Source: Camelus dromedarius (taxonomy: Eukaryota). Taken from it: 64,000 nucleotides of DNA. Every line of letters starts with the position of its first letter. Within the stretch, counting starts at the first letter, position 1. This document shows, piece after piece, positions 52,261 through 64,000 of this stretch. A program made the translations under genes and the position numbers. The DNA is taken from assembly GCF_036321535.1 (NCBI RefSeq), contig NC_087436.1:55492001-55556000 (forward strand), read 5' to 3'. The notes under the pieces are model-generated. The model had not been told where the DNA came from. It ran no database searches and worked only from the letters and a program-made list of their open reading frames with translations.

Positions 52261-52855
52261 AGAAGAATTTATCTTGTGATTCTTATCCCATTGCTTAAAC
52301 TTCTTCAATGGTTTCTTATTTCCTACATTGTAAAAAAAAAAAAATTATTTGCAGAGTTTTGTTTCTAGTTTCTTCAAGATGTGGCCCCAGTTCATTTTCC
52401 CATCCACAACTTTCACCCACTCAAGAACACACGTCCACGACCTTCTCATCCAACGACCCGATGTCTGGAAACTGTACCATGTCCTCCCAGGCCTCTGTGT
52501 CTTTTCAAAACAGTCCCTAACTACACACAAACACATTTCAAACCAAATCCAGGAATCACGTAGTTTAGGATGACTTTTATCTCTGAATTCCAGGTATTAT
52601 TTGTAATACCTACTCTACAAAAGATCATTGAAAATGAAGTAATTACTTGCAATTGAAAATTGTCTCTAACACAGAGAAATGATTATTCTGAGAGGAGTTA
52701 CCATAAAATTTGGGGGGTGGCGTGCAGAAACAGCCGAGTAGGTTCTGCAAAACTGGTGGGGCAATAAAATCAAAGGTCCAGAACCAATTCTGGGAGAAAC
52801 ACTTCCCTAGCCATTCTCTAAAGGCCAACTAGCAATTTTGAATGTGCAGAAGATA

Positions 52856-55800
52856 ATTCCACAGATAATTTTAAACTTCTCATTTTGAAGTAATGTTAGA
52901 TTTGCAAAAGAGTTAACAAGACAGTACAGAAAGTTCCTCTGTACCCTTCATCCAGGTTCCCCTGATGATAACATCTTATGGCATATTTCTCAAAACTAAG
53001 AAACTAACACTGGTACAAAAATACTAATTAAACTACACATTTTATTCAGAGCCCATCAGTTTTCTGCTTATATAAGCTTCCTGTTCCAGAATTCAGTCCA
53101 GGGCATCACACTGAATTTAGTCTTCATGTTGCCGTAGTCTCCTTTATTCTGTGACAGTTTCTCAGTCCTCCTCTATTTTTCATGACCTTGGCACTTTTGA
53201 AGAATGCTTATCGGGTATTTTTAGACTGTCCCTCCTGTGTGGTTTTTTGATGTTTCTCTTGGTTAGATTGAGAGCATAGATTTGGGGGAAGAAAAAGCGG
53301 AGGTGAAGTGCTCTTCTCACGGCATCATATCAGGGGGTGTATGATAACCGCATCACTGATTACTGGTGGTTTAACCTTGGCCACTTGGCGATGGTGGTGT
53401 TAGCCCAGTTTCTTCCCTGCAAACTTACTCTTTTTCTCTTTCTATATTTGTTAGAAGTGAGTCACTAAATTCAGCCCACACTCAAACAGAGGGGGAATTA
53501 AGCTCCATTTCCTGGGAGGAGAGTATCAAAGGATTTGTGGACATATGTTCAAACCACCATGGTAATTATTTTGTGGGAGATACTTTGTGGATATGTAAAT
53601 ACTAGTCTCTACTTTTTTATCCTCTAATTTTAGTACCCATCTATGATTTTCCATTTCTTTCAGTACTTCTATATATATTAGTTTGAAATCTTCTGAAAGG
53701 AACATTTGTCCTTCTTCCCTCATTTATTTATTCTATCGTTCACTTTTATCAGTTTGGGCTTGTGGATATTTATGTTATTCTTGGCTTACAATTTATAACT
53801 ATTGTTATCTGTTTTCTTGCTCAAACTCTTCCAGATCTGGTTATTGGAAGCTCTTTCAGATTGACTTCTGTGTCCTTTTGATACGGCCCGCCTTTAGAAA
53901 AAAAATTTTTTTAGCTCCCTCACTTATTGGCACTGCAGGATGCTTTAGGTTCATATTATATATTCCTTGCCCAAGCTTAGCTTCATAGAATGAGCCATTT
54001 CTCCAGTGACCCGTTTTCTTTTAATAGAGACTGATGTTTAGAAACTAATATTGGAGTCCTAGTCAATAGCTCCTTGCTACTGAAATTTCACTGATGCTGG
54101 ACCCCTTCAATAAAGACTTAGGAAATGCATGTATGTATAGTTCCCAAGTAGATGTACATATCTACATTTATTTCAGTATTTTATCTATCAGCATCCATAT
54201 TAGAATAAGCATGTCTTCACACTTAAATCTCCAGCTCTAATGCAGCACCGCAGTTCATCCTAGTCTCCTCCCCCTTTTTTTTTCCTTTGTAACTTTCCTG
54301 ACAGTGAAAAACGTGGACCTCATTATTGACAATCTATGTCAAACCTAGTGAACATGTAAAATTGTTTCAGAATTGCTAACTCATGAATCTGTGAGAATAA
54401 ATTTATCAACCAGAATACAGTGTTTAATAGGTACAGAGTTTTTCTTTTATGGCTAAAAAAACCATTTTGTTTGTTTTTTGGTAGGTAGCCTTATAGTATT
54501 CAGTCAAAACACTATTTCCTAAAGTTACTTATTTTAGTTCCTTTTCTCCATCTTTTTCAGTGAGATTACACCCTACATTTGCAGGTAGATTTATTATCAA
54601 AGAATTACATCATGGGATCCTCCAATATCCTGGTTGATTTTCTTAAAATTTGAATACATTGAAGTTCTCATTTCATAATGTACAGGTTTATTGATTTTGA
54701 GAAATGCATTTAGTCCTGTGTCTATCACCAAAGTTTCTTACAACACAGTTCCAACACCCTAAAAAATTCATTTGTGCTGACCATATGTCACCAACCCTTG
54801 ACCACTAATGGACTATTTTCCATCCTTATAATTATATATTTTCAGAGGATGAAATAAATGGAACTACATGCAATACTCAGTCTTTAGGCTCCAACATCAT
54901 GCACTTAGACTTCCTCCCTGTTGCATGAATCACCCCTTCACTCCTTTTATTACTAAGCAGTGTTCCATCGTAACATTTGTTTATCCATCCACAGGCTGCA
55001 AACAGCTTAGTTGCTTTCAGATTTTGGCAATTATGAATAAAGATGCTATATATATTCTCATATAAATTATGGCATGAACATGTTTTTATTTTATTGAATA
55101 AATAGGAACAGGATTCCTGGCTTGTATGGTAAATGTATGTTTAACTTTATAAGAAACTGTTTTCCGAAGTGTTGTACCATTTTTCATTTGCACTAGCAAT
55201 GAACAAAATATGCACAGGGGTACATAGGCTGAAAAGTACAAAGCACTGAAAATAGACATCAAAGGTCTAAATAAATGGAAAGATGTGCACTCTTCATGGA
55301 TTGGAAGACTTGATATTGCTAAGATCACAATTCTCCCCAATTTGATGTATAAATTCAATGCCATCTTATTCAAAATCCAAGCAAGTGTTTTGTAGACACA
55401 GACATGCTTAATCCAAAATTTATATGGAACATCAAAGTAACTACAAGAGCAAAATCATTCTGAAAAAATAAAACAAAGTGAGAAAACTCTCATTACATGG
55501 TTTCAAGACTTATTATAGGGATAGACAGATAATTCAGTGGAACATAATAGAAGAGTCCAGGAATTCACCCGGCAATTATAATCAATTGACTGTTGTCAAA
55601 GTTTCAGATTAACTCATTGAAGAAAAGAGCCTTTGAGCAAATTGTGCTTGGGACATTTGGATATCCATATAAACAATAAGCCTTGACTCATACCTTACAG
55701 CTTATAAAAAATTCACTAAAATGGATCATAGACATAAATGTAAAACACCTAAAAGAAGATACTGGAAAAAATCTATATGACTTAAGGTTTGATGAGTTGG

Positions 55801-56233
55801 TTTTACATACACCAAAAGTATGAACCATAAAATTAAAAATATAATAAATCGGACTTTATCAAGTTAAATATTTTGCTATGGAAATGAACCCTTAAGAGAA
55901 TGAAACCACAATACACAGACTAAGAGAAAATTTTTGCAAATCGCCGATTCAGAATAGATGCTTGAAATTCAACAATAAGAAAACCAACAGCCCAGTTACA
56001 AAATGGACAAAGGATCTGAACAGACATCATTAAAGAAAATACAAGGATGTCAAACACGCATATAAAAAGACACTCAACAACATTAGTTATTAGGAAATGC
56101 ACACTAAAACTACACTGAGTACCACTATATGCCTATTAGAATGTTAAAAAATATGTATCTTTTCATCAGACAATACTAAATGCTGGCAAGAATGCTGAGC
56201 AGCAGGAATTCTCATTCCACAGATTTTTAAACT
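52856..56233 (-). mobile_element. Old eutherian L1 (L1MC/MD-like) with 5' inversion and preserved TSD
   Basis: Antisense 3' UTR/ORF2 end at ~52878-55205 and a sense ORF2 block at ~55225-56217. Flanking repeat attccacagataattttaaact (52856-52877) / attccacagatttttaaact (56214-56233). Confidence 0.88.
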
Positions 56234-57819
56234 AATACAATATTCACTTCATATGATGGGTTTCGTTGTTTTCAAATAACCCCCTTTTTATCATAAAGTT
56301 TGTAACAAATAATTTGGTTAGGTAGGAACAGATTAAGAGGAAGCATAAGAATCAGCTTTCCTAAATACATGAGTATAATCATTAACCTTGGATCAAAAGG
56401 GGCCAGCCAGCCACGTATGCCTTATAACAGGGTACCTGACAGAAACCTCACCGTTCCTATTTTGGTTAGTCATAGTTATACCAGGCGGGACTGGAAGATG
56501 TACACTATTGATTAGGAGAATTAAGCTATTGATGATTGTTAATAAAGACATGATATATCTGTATTATAAAATGATTTTAATACTTCCATAGTATATTTGA
56601 TATTTATTAAATGTCAAATACTGTAATACATGCTCTGCTAGCTTATTCATGCATAAGAACAAATTCCTCATATTAGGCTGAAATATTCTAAAATAGAGTA
56701 ACATCATTGTTTTTTCTCTTGTAAACTTCTGATGAAATGAAGATGTTTTAAAATAGCTTTATTTAACAATATGAATTAAATAATATTGATGGTTATTAGC
56801 CAAAAGGAAACTCCCATGATTCAGTTAAATATGAAAGGTGGCGCAGGATAATTCTCTTGAATGTTCATACCTAATATTTGCCAAGATAAAGGAACTATGG
56901 TCATTATAGTGTACCTAAGAGGATGCTATAAACTTTTCATACCACTAAGACAACTTGCTCAATTTTAAATGCATCTTCATGTAAAAACAGTTAAAATAAA
57001 AATAAACAGCTGAGTATGAGGGAAAAGGAAAGCATGGCAAAGCATACTGTCCGAAAGCATGTTATTTAACAGGAACCATAATTATGTATACTAGCGTCAC
57101 AGTTGCAAAGAACAAGAAAAGTGTTTATTTTGGTGTTAATACTATTTTTCTTTAATATTTTAGCTTAAAACATTGCCAAATAGGAAGAAACATTAAGAAT
57201 AAAATTTGCATTAACCTAGAGGTGTAAGGGGAAAAAAAAAGAAGAAAAGATTCTTCCGGAGCTGCCAACAGCATGCACAGTAGATATGTGATGGGAGATA
57301 CAGTTCAGTTATGGTAGGAGGAAAAAAAATGAGATGTAGAGGGTAAAATAAGGGGGAGGATGCTAGTGATGAACCATTTAACTCCCAGTGGTCTAAAGGG
57401 AACTTCTGGACTCTGTGAAAAAAAGCACCTCCACGAATAAAATGGTTTCTTTAAAAAAGTTACTACAGAGATGGCAGTTTTGGTTGTACAATCATTAGAT
57501 TTTGAGGCAGAAGAGAACAGAACAGTGCTTTAGATGTTATTAGGGGCAATAATACTTAATGATACATTTCAATTCTAATTTTACTTCAATTATAAAATTG
57601 CAAGCCCCACTGTTTCCTCACACAGCCCCAGCCCCTCCTCCCGCACTCCATCAGCGTTTTGTGAAGCATTCTCCTTAATTAACTAAATTGTGGTCGAGCC
57701 AGACATCTTGACTTCGGGAAAATGGATGTCGGGGGATTTGCTTGACAGAGGACCTAACAGAGTCTTCACATAGAACGGAAACATGACATTGCTTCTAAGA
57801 GAAATTTATAGCCCTGCTG

Positions 57820-58100
57820 AACAGAGGCTCCGCCACCAGCGGAAGAAACTGCTCCAGAGGCGGGTGACTAATATGTCACCACATCAGCAGGTCCTTTATA
57901 GAAGCTGAAGAAGAACACCCAAATAAATCAGATTTGTCACCGGCCCAAACTCCATCAGGCATGTCAGCCGGGATCTGAATCTGGCGTCGCGGAGCAGTGG
58001 ATGGGGAGGTGAGACCGCGCTTTTCCGGAAGCCGCGGCCTCTGCACGTCAGCTGTCGTTTCAGTGGCTCTCGCCTTACACGTTAACCCCGACGAGCTCCC
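57820..58100. promoter_or_regulatory. Small CpG-rich unique element, candidate promoter/enhancer
   Basis: 15 CpGs in 57961-58100, GC-box-like ctccgcc and gaggcggg, TATAGAA at 57897, ETS CCGGAAG at 58025 and CRE-like CACGTCA at 58044. Confidence 0.4.
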
Positions 58101-59129
58101 CTAGGTGTGGCTTCTAGATCATCACAGCGATTTTGTTTATAGTAAAAGGCAATCTGGGGACTGAATATAGAGAGGAAGACATATGTTCAGCTCTTCGTGT
58201 TTGGGGGGCTTTTCTAGCTTTAGAATTCTACCCAACACACTACAGTAACAAGCAGCCGTTAGTTTTTGAAGTAGGTCAAGAAAATGTTATTTGAGTGATT
58301 CGTCCATTCTTTCCAGTAAAAGGAGTGTTATTATAAAAATGGCTATGCCACATACATGGTAAGAGGGCCTTACAAATGATATACTAAACAGTATTTATAT
58401 ACAACTCATATACGAAAATTAATTATATTTAGTTTTGGTGTCTAGCAAATAAGTTGATATCAAATAAGCAAAATCATTCAAAAGGAAAAAAGACCATTTT
58501 AAATTTATAATACTGACATTGCTCTTCTCTGCAGAAAGTTTATAAAATACATGCTGGAACTTGGAAAAGTGGCACATTTAAGATGCAAGAGATTTTTTTA
58601 ATCCTTCACAATTTACATTTTATGGGAGGGAGTGGTCTTTGGCTTATGAAATTTTTTAGATATGAGTTGTGTCTTTTCCATCCCAAAATACAAATAGATG
58701 GTCATATTAAAAAGAGTAGGGTACCTTTTCCATTTGCAAAGCAAAAGTTATAGAACCCTGTATCAATATGATTAGAAATCATTAGAAAATAAATATGCAA
58801 TTTTTCAATAAGCAGGTCCTTTCTTTTCACAAATACTTCTAATTTAATTCACCCAATTCATTATAGCATTATATAAAGATAAAGCAAGGATTATTAAAAT
58901 AAATCATAGATAATGAAAATAATGAGCTGTTGGGGGAAAAAAAACACATACTGAATTCTACTGATCTCTGGTAGAGACATTCTGCTTCCAAGACCCTGAG
59001 ATGTGTCTTTTCTGACATATAGTTGCTTTATTGTGAACAACAAATAATTTATATCCCATGAAAGAGTTTGCCTAAATGAATTATAACTATCTGTGCATGT
59101 ATAGATCTCCCCCACTAACTGGGACCTTC

Positions 59130-60010
59130 TTCATTCATTAAACAGATATTTATTTAGTGGCTGTTTTGACACTAGGGATTCAAAGATGAAAGGCATCTGT
59201 TCCTGTGATCAGAGAACTTAAGATTCTCACAGCAAGAAAATTGTGCACTCAAACCACACACTATGCTCAGAAAATGTTTATGATGATAGCAGATACAAAG
59301 TGCATTGGGAGCATAGGGGACAGAGCATCTACAGTTGTAAGAATGTGTTTAAATAACTTTCATATAAAGAATTGTGGAACCACAAAACATAAGAGGTATG
59401 ATATGAAACATTATTGATAACAACCATATTCCTCCATATGTTTTCTTTAGCTTTTTTTTTTTACTGAATTATAGTCATTTACAATGTGTCCATTTCTGAT
59501 GTACAGCATAATGTTTCAGTCATATATATACATACATATATTCATTTTCATATTCATTTTCATTAGAGATTACTACAAGATGTTGAATATAGTTCCCTGT
59601 GTTCTACAGCAGAAACTTATTGTTTATCTTTAGCTTTTAAAGATTTTTTTTTTACTAGACTACTGCTTTAAAAACTAGATACTTAGCATTCCTGGGAGCA
59701 TTTGAATCACTTTAAAGGATCATGGAAGTCCTCACAGAGCAGATGGAGTCTGAGCTGAGGGCTTAGAGCCTGGGTAGGAAACTCTAAGTAGGCAGAGGCT
59801 GGGAAAGATACCAGATTTAGGTGCGCAGCAAGGAGTAGAAAGAGGTAGTCTAAGCAGGGGAGCAACTTGGATTTAGGCGTGGATTTAGGTTATTGTAACA
59901 TGTCCAGAGGGATAGTAGTTCAATACTGATGAATCATGACATAAAAATAAGGAAAGAATAATATTGAGAGTAGAAAGGAAAACAGTAAAGTATAGGAGTT
60001 TTGTCTTTGA
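59130..60010 (-). mobile_element. L2 fragments
   Basis: ttcattcattaaacagatatttatt...cactaggga...aagtgcattgggagcatag, continuing as ggaagtcctcacagag...tctgagctgagg. Confidence 0.6.
59444..59638 (-). mobile_element. Short young L1 3' end (camelid-type) with TSD
   Basis: T-run then actgaattatagtcatttacaatg...gtacagcataatgtttcagtcatatatatacatac...ttgaatatagttccctgtg. TSD tctttagctttt at 59444-59455 and 59627-59638. Confidence 0.9.
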
Positions 60011-60207
60011 TCCCAAATATCGTGAAGATTTCCTGTATATTCTAGTCATTCAGAAAACACTGAATGAATGAATAAATGGATAATAATCCGGAAGTACTGA
60101 AACATCCTGAAGAAACAGAGTACAGATCTTCTCATCTCCCCTGTTCTCTCTCTACTTCTATATGTCAGACTTTCCATGACAGTAAAAAGAGTCAGCCCTC
60201 CCTGACA

Positions 60208-60642
60208 TACGCCTTAGTCTGGGTCTGCCAAGAAGTGAATGTCAACAGGGCTGATGTGAATGTACACAGCACTGATTGCGAGCTGAGCAGAAAGCGGCAG
60301 AGGGAGACTTAATGCCACAGTGCAGGTCTGATGCCTGTGAAGTGAGAGAGGGAAGGAAGGAGGGTGGGACAGAAAGTCTGACTCCAGCACAGTTGCAGGA
60401 AAGGTTTGGTCAGGCCCTTAGGGAGTCCTCAGGCCAAAGTCATCCATGAGAGGAGTCCTGTGTCTCCCTCGACAGGCCTGTGGAAGGACTGCAGCACGTT
60501 CAGTGCGCTAGGGAGCAGCCCTGGGAAGCAGGGCTTGGCAGCAAACACCACGTTGGATCCGAAGGGGCGGCAGCTGGGGCCAACAGTCCATTATACTTCT
60601 CACAGCAGGAGATTTGAGTGGCACATTTTCATGGCTACCACA
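60208..60642 (-). mobile_element. ERVL solo LTR, LTR33 family
   Basis: The reverse complement starts tgtggtagccatgaaaatgtgccactcaaatctcctgctg...ggccccagctgccgcccc, as in LTR33. Confidence 0.85.
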
Positions 60643-61299
60643 ATCCATAAATCTAAATGGAAGGTTCTCTGAAGACTGATTAAAAAACAGAATTAAAAAT
60701 CATGTAGAGACCATGTTCCCACAATATCAGAAAGAATCATCTGTCTCTTAACTGATCTTTTTCTTTGTGCAACTTTAGTTCCCTGTGGTCTGATAACGGA
60801 GCACAGAAAACAAAGCACTGTGTTTCCCTGAGATCAGGGCTGTGACATTAAGACTGGCTCGGAGGCCCTATGAAAAATTATAACTATACTTTGGGGGGAA
60901 AACTGTGCTCCATGCATGTAAAAACCCTAAATATGTAATGCAATTAAATGAAACTTACACTAAAAAATTCTTATGGTATGTTTAATGAAATAAAATTAAG
61001 TGTACAAAGAAAATTAAGGTATATAATTCTGAACCAATAATTTAAGCAATCATTCCATTTCTTGTGAGTTCTTTTCTGATTTGGAAAAAAAAAAGGAGTG
61101 TTTTGGCTGTAAAATGTATTTCAAGTTTTGGTCATTTTCAAAAGTTTAGCTTTGGAGAAAGAGATTTTTCATAGATACATGTGTATTATCCAAGGAACAC
61201 TAGAGGAGCTAGAGTTTATGTAACATTTAAAAAATAAACCAGAGGGCTTAAAAATATGACAGGAGTGAAATTAGTCTCATTTGCACTAAAATGTTCTTC

Positions 61300-62120
61300 A
61301 TATATTCAACTCTTATGACCATATTATGTGCCAAGCATTGAAGGATGTGCTAAGAATTAAAAATATAAAAAAACAGTATATAATAGATTCCTTTTCTTTG
61401 AGGGCCTCACAGCCTAATGGAAGCATTTAAAATAGTGTAACAGTATGAACGGTGCTTCAAAGGTAATAAAGAGGAGAAAGTGTCATTGGTGAGTTCTAAG
61501 CAGGCCTCATAGAACAGCAACTTGGTGTGAGTCAGGAAGTAACATTAGGCCAAATGGGAGGGAAAGTGTCTTCCAAGCAGCAGGAACAGAATATGCAAAC
61601 ACAGAATGGAAAAGATCAGGAAACCACACATAATTCACTGTGACTAGAGGGCAGAAATACAGAGGAAGGAAGTGAGTATGAGACCTTGCATGGTATGCAA
61701 ATAGTTTCTTTCTTTCCCTTCTTTTTATGGACCACATAGGGCCATGGAAGAATTTTGATGAAGGAAGAGACATGCTCTGATCTATAAATCTCATGTATTT
61801 GTTACATGCGTTAGGAAGAATGAGAGTGGTATAGATAGAACAGGGTAGAGGGAACATTAAATCAACTATTACAAAATTCTGAGTAATATATGACCAGGGC
61901 TTGAACTAAGCAGTGGCAGCAGCACGAAAAAAGTGTCAGTCTGAGAAATATTTCGGCTAAGCTAGAGCTTCCCCAGGAAGGACTGGAAGCAGTGGGCCAG
62001 AGGAGAGGCTCCGCGCGCCTTCCGGACTGGGGCTGGGCTCGTGGGCGGCGCTGCGCGCAGGGAGACGCGGTCCAGGTCAAATCCCCCATTGGACAACAGG
62101 GGGAGACGTCTGCTTTGCAG
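61300..62120 (-). mobile_element. L2 fragment
   Basis: tatgtgccaagcattg...ctcacagcctaatgg...ccaagcagcaggaacag...atgcaaa...gccatggaagaattttg...ccagggcttgaactaagcagtggcag. Confidence 0.75.
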
Positions 62121-62169
62121 CTAAAGCTATGAGACAGATACTCGTCTGAATAGTATTTTTAATTTATTT

Positions 62170-62670
62170 GCTTATTCCACATTGCATTCATTTACTCACC
62201 AAGAATTCAGTGTCTCCTGTGTGCCCGGCACTGTTCTAACCTAAAAAAGGAAAAAGCTGTGGACAAAGGGGGCAGGCTTATGTGCCCTTAACTAGCTATT
62301 ATTCTGTGGAGAAAGTGGAGAGTGAAGAAGAGCAAAGATGTGTACTATGAGAGATTGTAGGAGAGCCGTGTGGGCAACAGTGACCTCAGGGGCTGTTCTG
62401 AGAGGCCATCTGAGCGGGGACGGGGCTGGGTGAGGGAGGTCCGTGGGGACACAGGGAAGAAAGGAGCGCCGAGGGCACGGGGCACGTGTGCACCAAGCCT
62501 CCGAGTGGGGGTAGGTCCAGTGTGTGCAAGAGACAGCACGGAGCCTGGTGTGACTGGAGCAGAGTAAGGGCGGGGACAGTGACAGGAGGTGTGGTCAAAT
62601 ACATAAGCGGAGGCTGAATTGTGGGGCCTTTTTATTTTAAGTAGGATGAAGAGCTGTCAGGAAGTGTCAT
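62170..62670 (-). mobile_element. L2 fragment, GC-enriched
   Basis: cattcatttactcacc...ctgtgtgcccggcactgttctaa...gaggccatctgagc...gcctggtgtgactggagcagagt. Confidence 0.75.
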
Positions 62671-63489
62671 CTTCTCCGGACCACTTAAAAAACCCGGTCT
62701 TTAAATCTCAGATTTTCCATATGCTTTTTAATGATGTATGTTCTGGGTTTTGTTGATGTTATATATATTTTTTCATGTTCAATCAAATTAGACTACATTA
62801 ATTTGAACTAACATATGAGGCTAAAAATTAGCCATTAGGGCATGCTTAATGCTTTGCCTTGATGCCTCCATCTTATTAGGATTTTTTTTTTAACATTGCA
62901 ATGTTAATTTTTATTTATAATGTTCAATTTTATTCACAAATATCTTTTGATTTATACTTTATAGTGAAAGCACATTGAAGAGATTAATATGATAGCTGAA
63001 GCACTTCTGTATAAATAACAACACTGGCAAAATCAGAAGGTTGTCAGTTAGCAAGGTAATACCACAAAACAGTATGAATTCAATATAAGCAAGTCAGTGT
63101 TAAGGGTACCAGTATTTCCAATATAAATGTGTCAGTTCCCTCTTAAGTATAAATATAGAATGTTAGTAGATATTTTAAAACTGAAATTTCTATAATCAAA
63201 TATTTTAGGGAATTTGTTTAATTAAACAGAGGCAGTTCAATTTCTTTAGTACAGGACAAAGCAGATCTTCGTAGAAATGAATCTCTAAAAGAGGTGCAAA
63301 TGGTATGTAGTGTTTCTCGAGTTTATTGGTCCACAATCTTTCCTTTAACAGTGTCTCTCACCAGGACATTTGAAATCACTTCTGATTGCCAGTGAATATG
63401 TGCATCTGGAATTCTGTGTGGAACTGCCCCTATGGGAACTACAGTTTTAAATGTCATCATACTGTGCATCACTGCAGGGAGTAACTCCT

Positions 63490-63715
63490 GCTACTAATTC
63501 ATACTTACACAGCTTTCACTATGTTCCAGATGCTGGTCTAACAGGCTTATACTCTTCTCATCCTAGTAACCTCTCTATGAGTTTGGTGTGCTACTATTCT
63601 ATTCATTTTAGAGATGAGGAAACTAAAACCCAGAGAGAGGAAATTACTGGCCAAGATCACAAAGCTCATAAGTAACTGGACTGGGCAGCCTGGCTCCAGA
63701 AACCATGCTGTTAGC
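63490..63715 (-). mobile_element. MIR SINE
   Basis: cattttagagatgaggaaactaaaacccagagag...ggccaagatcacaaagct...gcagcctggctccaga. Confidence 0.85.
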
Positions 63716-64000
63716 CTGTCGATGTGCCCCCTCTCAGATAGATCACTGCTCTGTCCCTTATCAGAGACTAGTGGCAGCCATCTCTGTCACAGTTCTAGGG
63801 CAGGAGCTCTTCTTTTTCTTCACAATCTACTTACTTCTCTCTGTTTTTATCTCATTCTGTGTTCCACACATTTCCACACCTGTGCCCCATGTAGGTTCTA
63901 TGGCTGAGATGCAAATTCTCCATCTCTGAAATTGCTTGAAATCTATTATTTGAAAATTTAACCTTTTCTCCTAATTACACCATCTTTATCAACTGTATTG

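Noticed and set aside
57828..57846. CTCF-like motif cgccaccagcggaag
   Set aside because: Matches only the first half of the core; the GGCG/GGCA end is missing.
1..64000. CRISPR arrays, operons, tRNA/rRNA/snRNA genes, recognisable processed protein pseudogenes
   Set aside because: No regularly spaced repeats, long ORFs or recognisable structured-RNA sequences seen; the window is mammalian non-coding DNA.

Overview
AT-rich, CpG-depleted placental-mammal genomic DNA, intronic or intergenic in character. The younger L1 3' ends look cetartiodactyl, and I saw no ruminant, pig, whale or carnivore tRNA-SINEs, so a camelid is the most likely source (inference). I recognise no known protein-coding gene, RNA gene or prokaryotic feature. 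The supplied ORFs are L1 remnants, repeat-derived or chance frames. The window is a patchwork of interspersed repeats (L1, L2, MIR, hAT DNA transposons, ERV1/ERVL/MaLR solo LTRs) separated by repeat-poor unique blocks. Main observations: (1) a ~2.5 kb poly(A)-tailed non-L1 segment, carrying older L2 sequence, inserted into a Charlie1-type transposon at an L1-endonuclease site; (2) a low-confidence chain of small minus-strand exons (20814->16506) that would splice into a 59-aa ORF with strong Kozak context; (3) a solo LTR whose promoter points at a perfect splice donor; (4) CpG-rich patches, one inside an ancient L2 (possible GC-biased gene conversion) and one promoter-like; (5) two twin-primed, 5'-inverted L1s with target-site duplications (TSDs) and a tail-only insertion scar. 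Repeat family names come from recalled consensus sequences, not a database search, and boundaries are approximate unless a TSD is given.
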